Made by a program: the position numbers and the translations under genes. DNA of 64,000 nt from Nitrospirota bacterium. GTDB taxonomy: Bacteria; Nitrospirota; UBA9217. Shown here one piece after another: positions 62,254 through 64,000 of the stretch (the stretch's first letter is position 1; each line of letters opens with the position of its first letter). The DNA lies in contig CAVVOB010000013.1 of NCBI GenBank assembly GCA_963749655.1, forward strand, positions 32,001 to 96,000, in the 5' to 3' direction. The notes beneath the pieces were generated by a model. It was not told where the DNA came from, searched no databases, and saw only the letters and a list, made by a program, of their open reading frames with translations.

Positions 62254-63030
62254 TTATTCCTTTTTCTCCACGAGCTTCTGGAAGGCCGAAAGAAAATCGA
62301 TCGGAAGGGGGAATACGATAGTCGTATTCTTCTCTGTGCCGATCTCGGTAAGCGTCTGGAGGTAGCGGAGCTGAAGGGCTATCGGATTCCTGCTGATGAC
62401 TGCCGCCGCTTCACCCAGTTTAGCAGATGCCTGCAGCTCGCCTTCGGCATGGATGATTTTGGCGCGCCGCTCGCGTTCCGCCTGCGCCTGGATGGCGATG
62501 GCACGCTGCATTTCGGCAGGCAGGTCCACATTCTTTACTTCCACGGTCGTCACCTTGACTCCCCAGGGCTCGGTCTGGAGGTCGATGACCTTTTGGAGCT
62601 CGGCGTTGATCGCCTCGCGGTTCGAAAGCAGGTCGTCGAGCGAGTTCTGACCGAGGATGCTTCTGAGCGTGGTCTGGGCGATAAGCGAGGTCGCGTAGTA
62701 AAAGTCTTCGACCTCGATGATGGCCCTCTGCGGGTCGATGACCCTGAAATATACCACGGCATTGACCTTGACGGTCACGTTGTCCTTGGTGATGACGTCC
62801 TGAGCCGGAACATCCATGGTCACGGTCCGCAGGCTGACGCGCACCATTTTCTGGATTCCCGGCCAGAGAAAGATTATCCCCGGCCCCTTGACGCCATGAT
62901 CGATACTCACCTTGCCGAGCGTGAAGATAACACCCCGCTCATACTGTTTCAGGATCTTTACGATGTTGTACAAGACAATGACTGCAAGAACAGCTATAAA
63001 GAGAAAACTGGTGGCAAAGATCTGCTGCAT
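62254..63030 (-). CDS. SPFH/stomatin-like (slipin) protein
   Basis: [41 protein letters not shown]. Confidence 0.95.
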   Translation of the reverse strand: MQQIFATSFLFIAVLAVIVLYNIVKILKQYERGVIFTLGKVSIDHGVKGPGIIFLWPGIQKMVRVSLRTVTMDVPAQDVITKDNVTVKVNAVVYFRVIDPQRAIIEVEDFYYATSLIAQTTLRSILGQNSLDDLLSNREAINAELQKVIDLQTEPWGVKVTTVEVKNVDLPAEMQRAIAIQAQAERERRAKIIHAEGELQASAKLGEAAAVISRNPIALQLRYLQTLTEIGTEKNTTIVFPLPIDFLSAFQKLVEKKE

Positions 63031-63043
63031 TGTGGAACCTCCT

Positions 63044-64000
63044 TTAGGCGTCTTTTCTGACTTTTACCTTAAGCCCCTCGATGGCGATGACCGTGACCTT
63101 CTCCCCCTTTTGGATGGGCTCATCGCTCCAGGCAAACCAGTATTCACCTCTCAGAAAGGCCTGTCCTGATCCGTGAATGTCGGTTTTGGCGTCCCCCTGC
63201 ATGCCGATCATGCCTTCCTTCCCCGTATTCGGTTTTTCGCGGTACACACGCACCGCCACGGTCACCGTAATTATGAACAGGATCGCGGACAGCACGACGG
63301 CAGGAACGATGACCGCCCAGGAAATCTGCAGGACCGGCGATGAGGAGTCGATGAGCATGACGGACCCGAGCAGCATGGAAATGGTCCCCCCGATCCCCAG
63401 GATCCCGTGGCTGGTGATGAACGCTTCGGCGATGAACAGGCTGATCCCGATGATGATCAGGATCAGGCCGGCATAGTTGATCGGCAGCGTATGGAGCGCG
63501 TAAAAGGCAAGCACCAGGCAGATGGCGCCCGCCACCCCGGGGAAGATGGCGCCGGGATTGGAAAGCTCGAAATAGAGGCCGTAGAAGCCGAGGATCATCA
63601 GGATGTAGGCGATGTTCGGATTGCTGATGATCTCGAGAAGGCGGTATCGGAAGCCCATGGTGATCTCAGTGACTTCCGCTCCCTCGGTATGGAGCGTCCG
63701 CCTGCCGATCACGAGATCAGCGGTCTTTCCGTTTATTTCCTTAATGAGTGTCGCAACATCGGGAGCGATGAAATCTATGACATGGTTTTTGAGCGCCTCG
63801 GTCTCGGTGATCGATACGCTTTTTCGAACGGCTTCCTCCGCCCACCGCGCGTTCTTCCCGCGCTTGTCGGCAATGCTGCGCGCCATGGCCGCCAGATCGT
63901 TTTCGACCTTCGTCGCCATGGTTTTGTCCATTTTGCCCTCCATGGTTACCGGATGGGCTGCGCCGATGTGCGTCGTCGGCGCCATGACCGCGATGTTCGC
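63044..64000 (-). CDS. NfeD family membrane serine protease (5' partial)
   Basis: [20 protein letters not shown]-terminal OB fold GEYW; adjacent to the stomatin gene. Confidence 0.92.
   Translation of the reverse strand, partial: ANIAVMAPTTHIGAAHPVTMEGKMDKTMATKVENDLAAMARSIADKRGKNARWAEEAVRKSVSITETEALKNHVIDFIAPDVATLIKEINGKTADLVIGRRTLHTEGAEVTEITMGFRYRLLEIISNPNIAYILMILGFYGLYFELSNPGAIFPGVAGAICLVLAFYALHTLPINYAGLILIIIGISLFIAEAFITSHGILGIGGTISMLLGSVMLIDSSSPVLQISWAVIVPAVVLSAILFIITVTVAVRVYREKPNTGKEGMIGMQGDAKTDIHGSGQAFLRGEYWFAWSDEPIQKGEKVTVIAIEGLKVKVRKDA

Overview
64 kb of a GC-rich anaerobic bacterium. The DsrD/DsrA style and gene order suggest Nitrospirota (Thermodesulfovibrionia-like), which is an inference. 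1-28.5 kb is mostly housekeeping: uppS-cdsA-dxr-rseP-ispG-proS, a GspE/PilB ATPase, a CNNM/CBS protein, mdh, two-subunit fumarase, apt, a DUF2844/DUF3443-like pair, rlpA, pepA, uvrB and truC. About 30.1-40.7 kb is an AT-richer island: an S74-chaperone fibre gene, a small YD-hairpin protein, a 2070-aa SpvB/FG-GAP/Rhs toxin, a putative immunity gene, a RAYT-type HUH transposase inside 27-bp inverted repeats, and an orphan toxin-tip/immunity cassette. 42-49 kb holds uvrC, an IMPase, an MglA-like GTPase, ispDF, cysE and an OsmC-like gene. 49.7-62.2 kb is a dissimilatory sulfite reductase cluster (dsrABD-N-orf-C-fdx-dsrH/E/F-like-T-MKJOP-fdx), followed by an NfeD/stomatin pair. Main highlights: (1) a hidden NifU-like CxxU selenoprotein candidate with a SECIS-like hairpin; (2) RAYT-end motifs bracketing a toxin/immunity cassette; (3) a signal-peptide-bearing fibre + YD adaptor + Rhs module; (4) reductive DsrD together with DsrEFH-like sulfurtransferases; (5) about a dozen intergenic hairpin elements built from 7-, 9- and 10-nt tandem units. 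Several genes carry single-base frameshifts, probably assembly errors. No rRNA, tRNA or CRISPR array was recognised.
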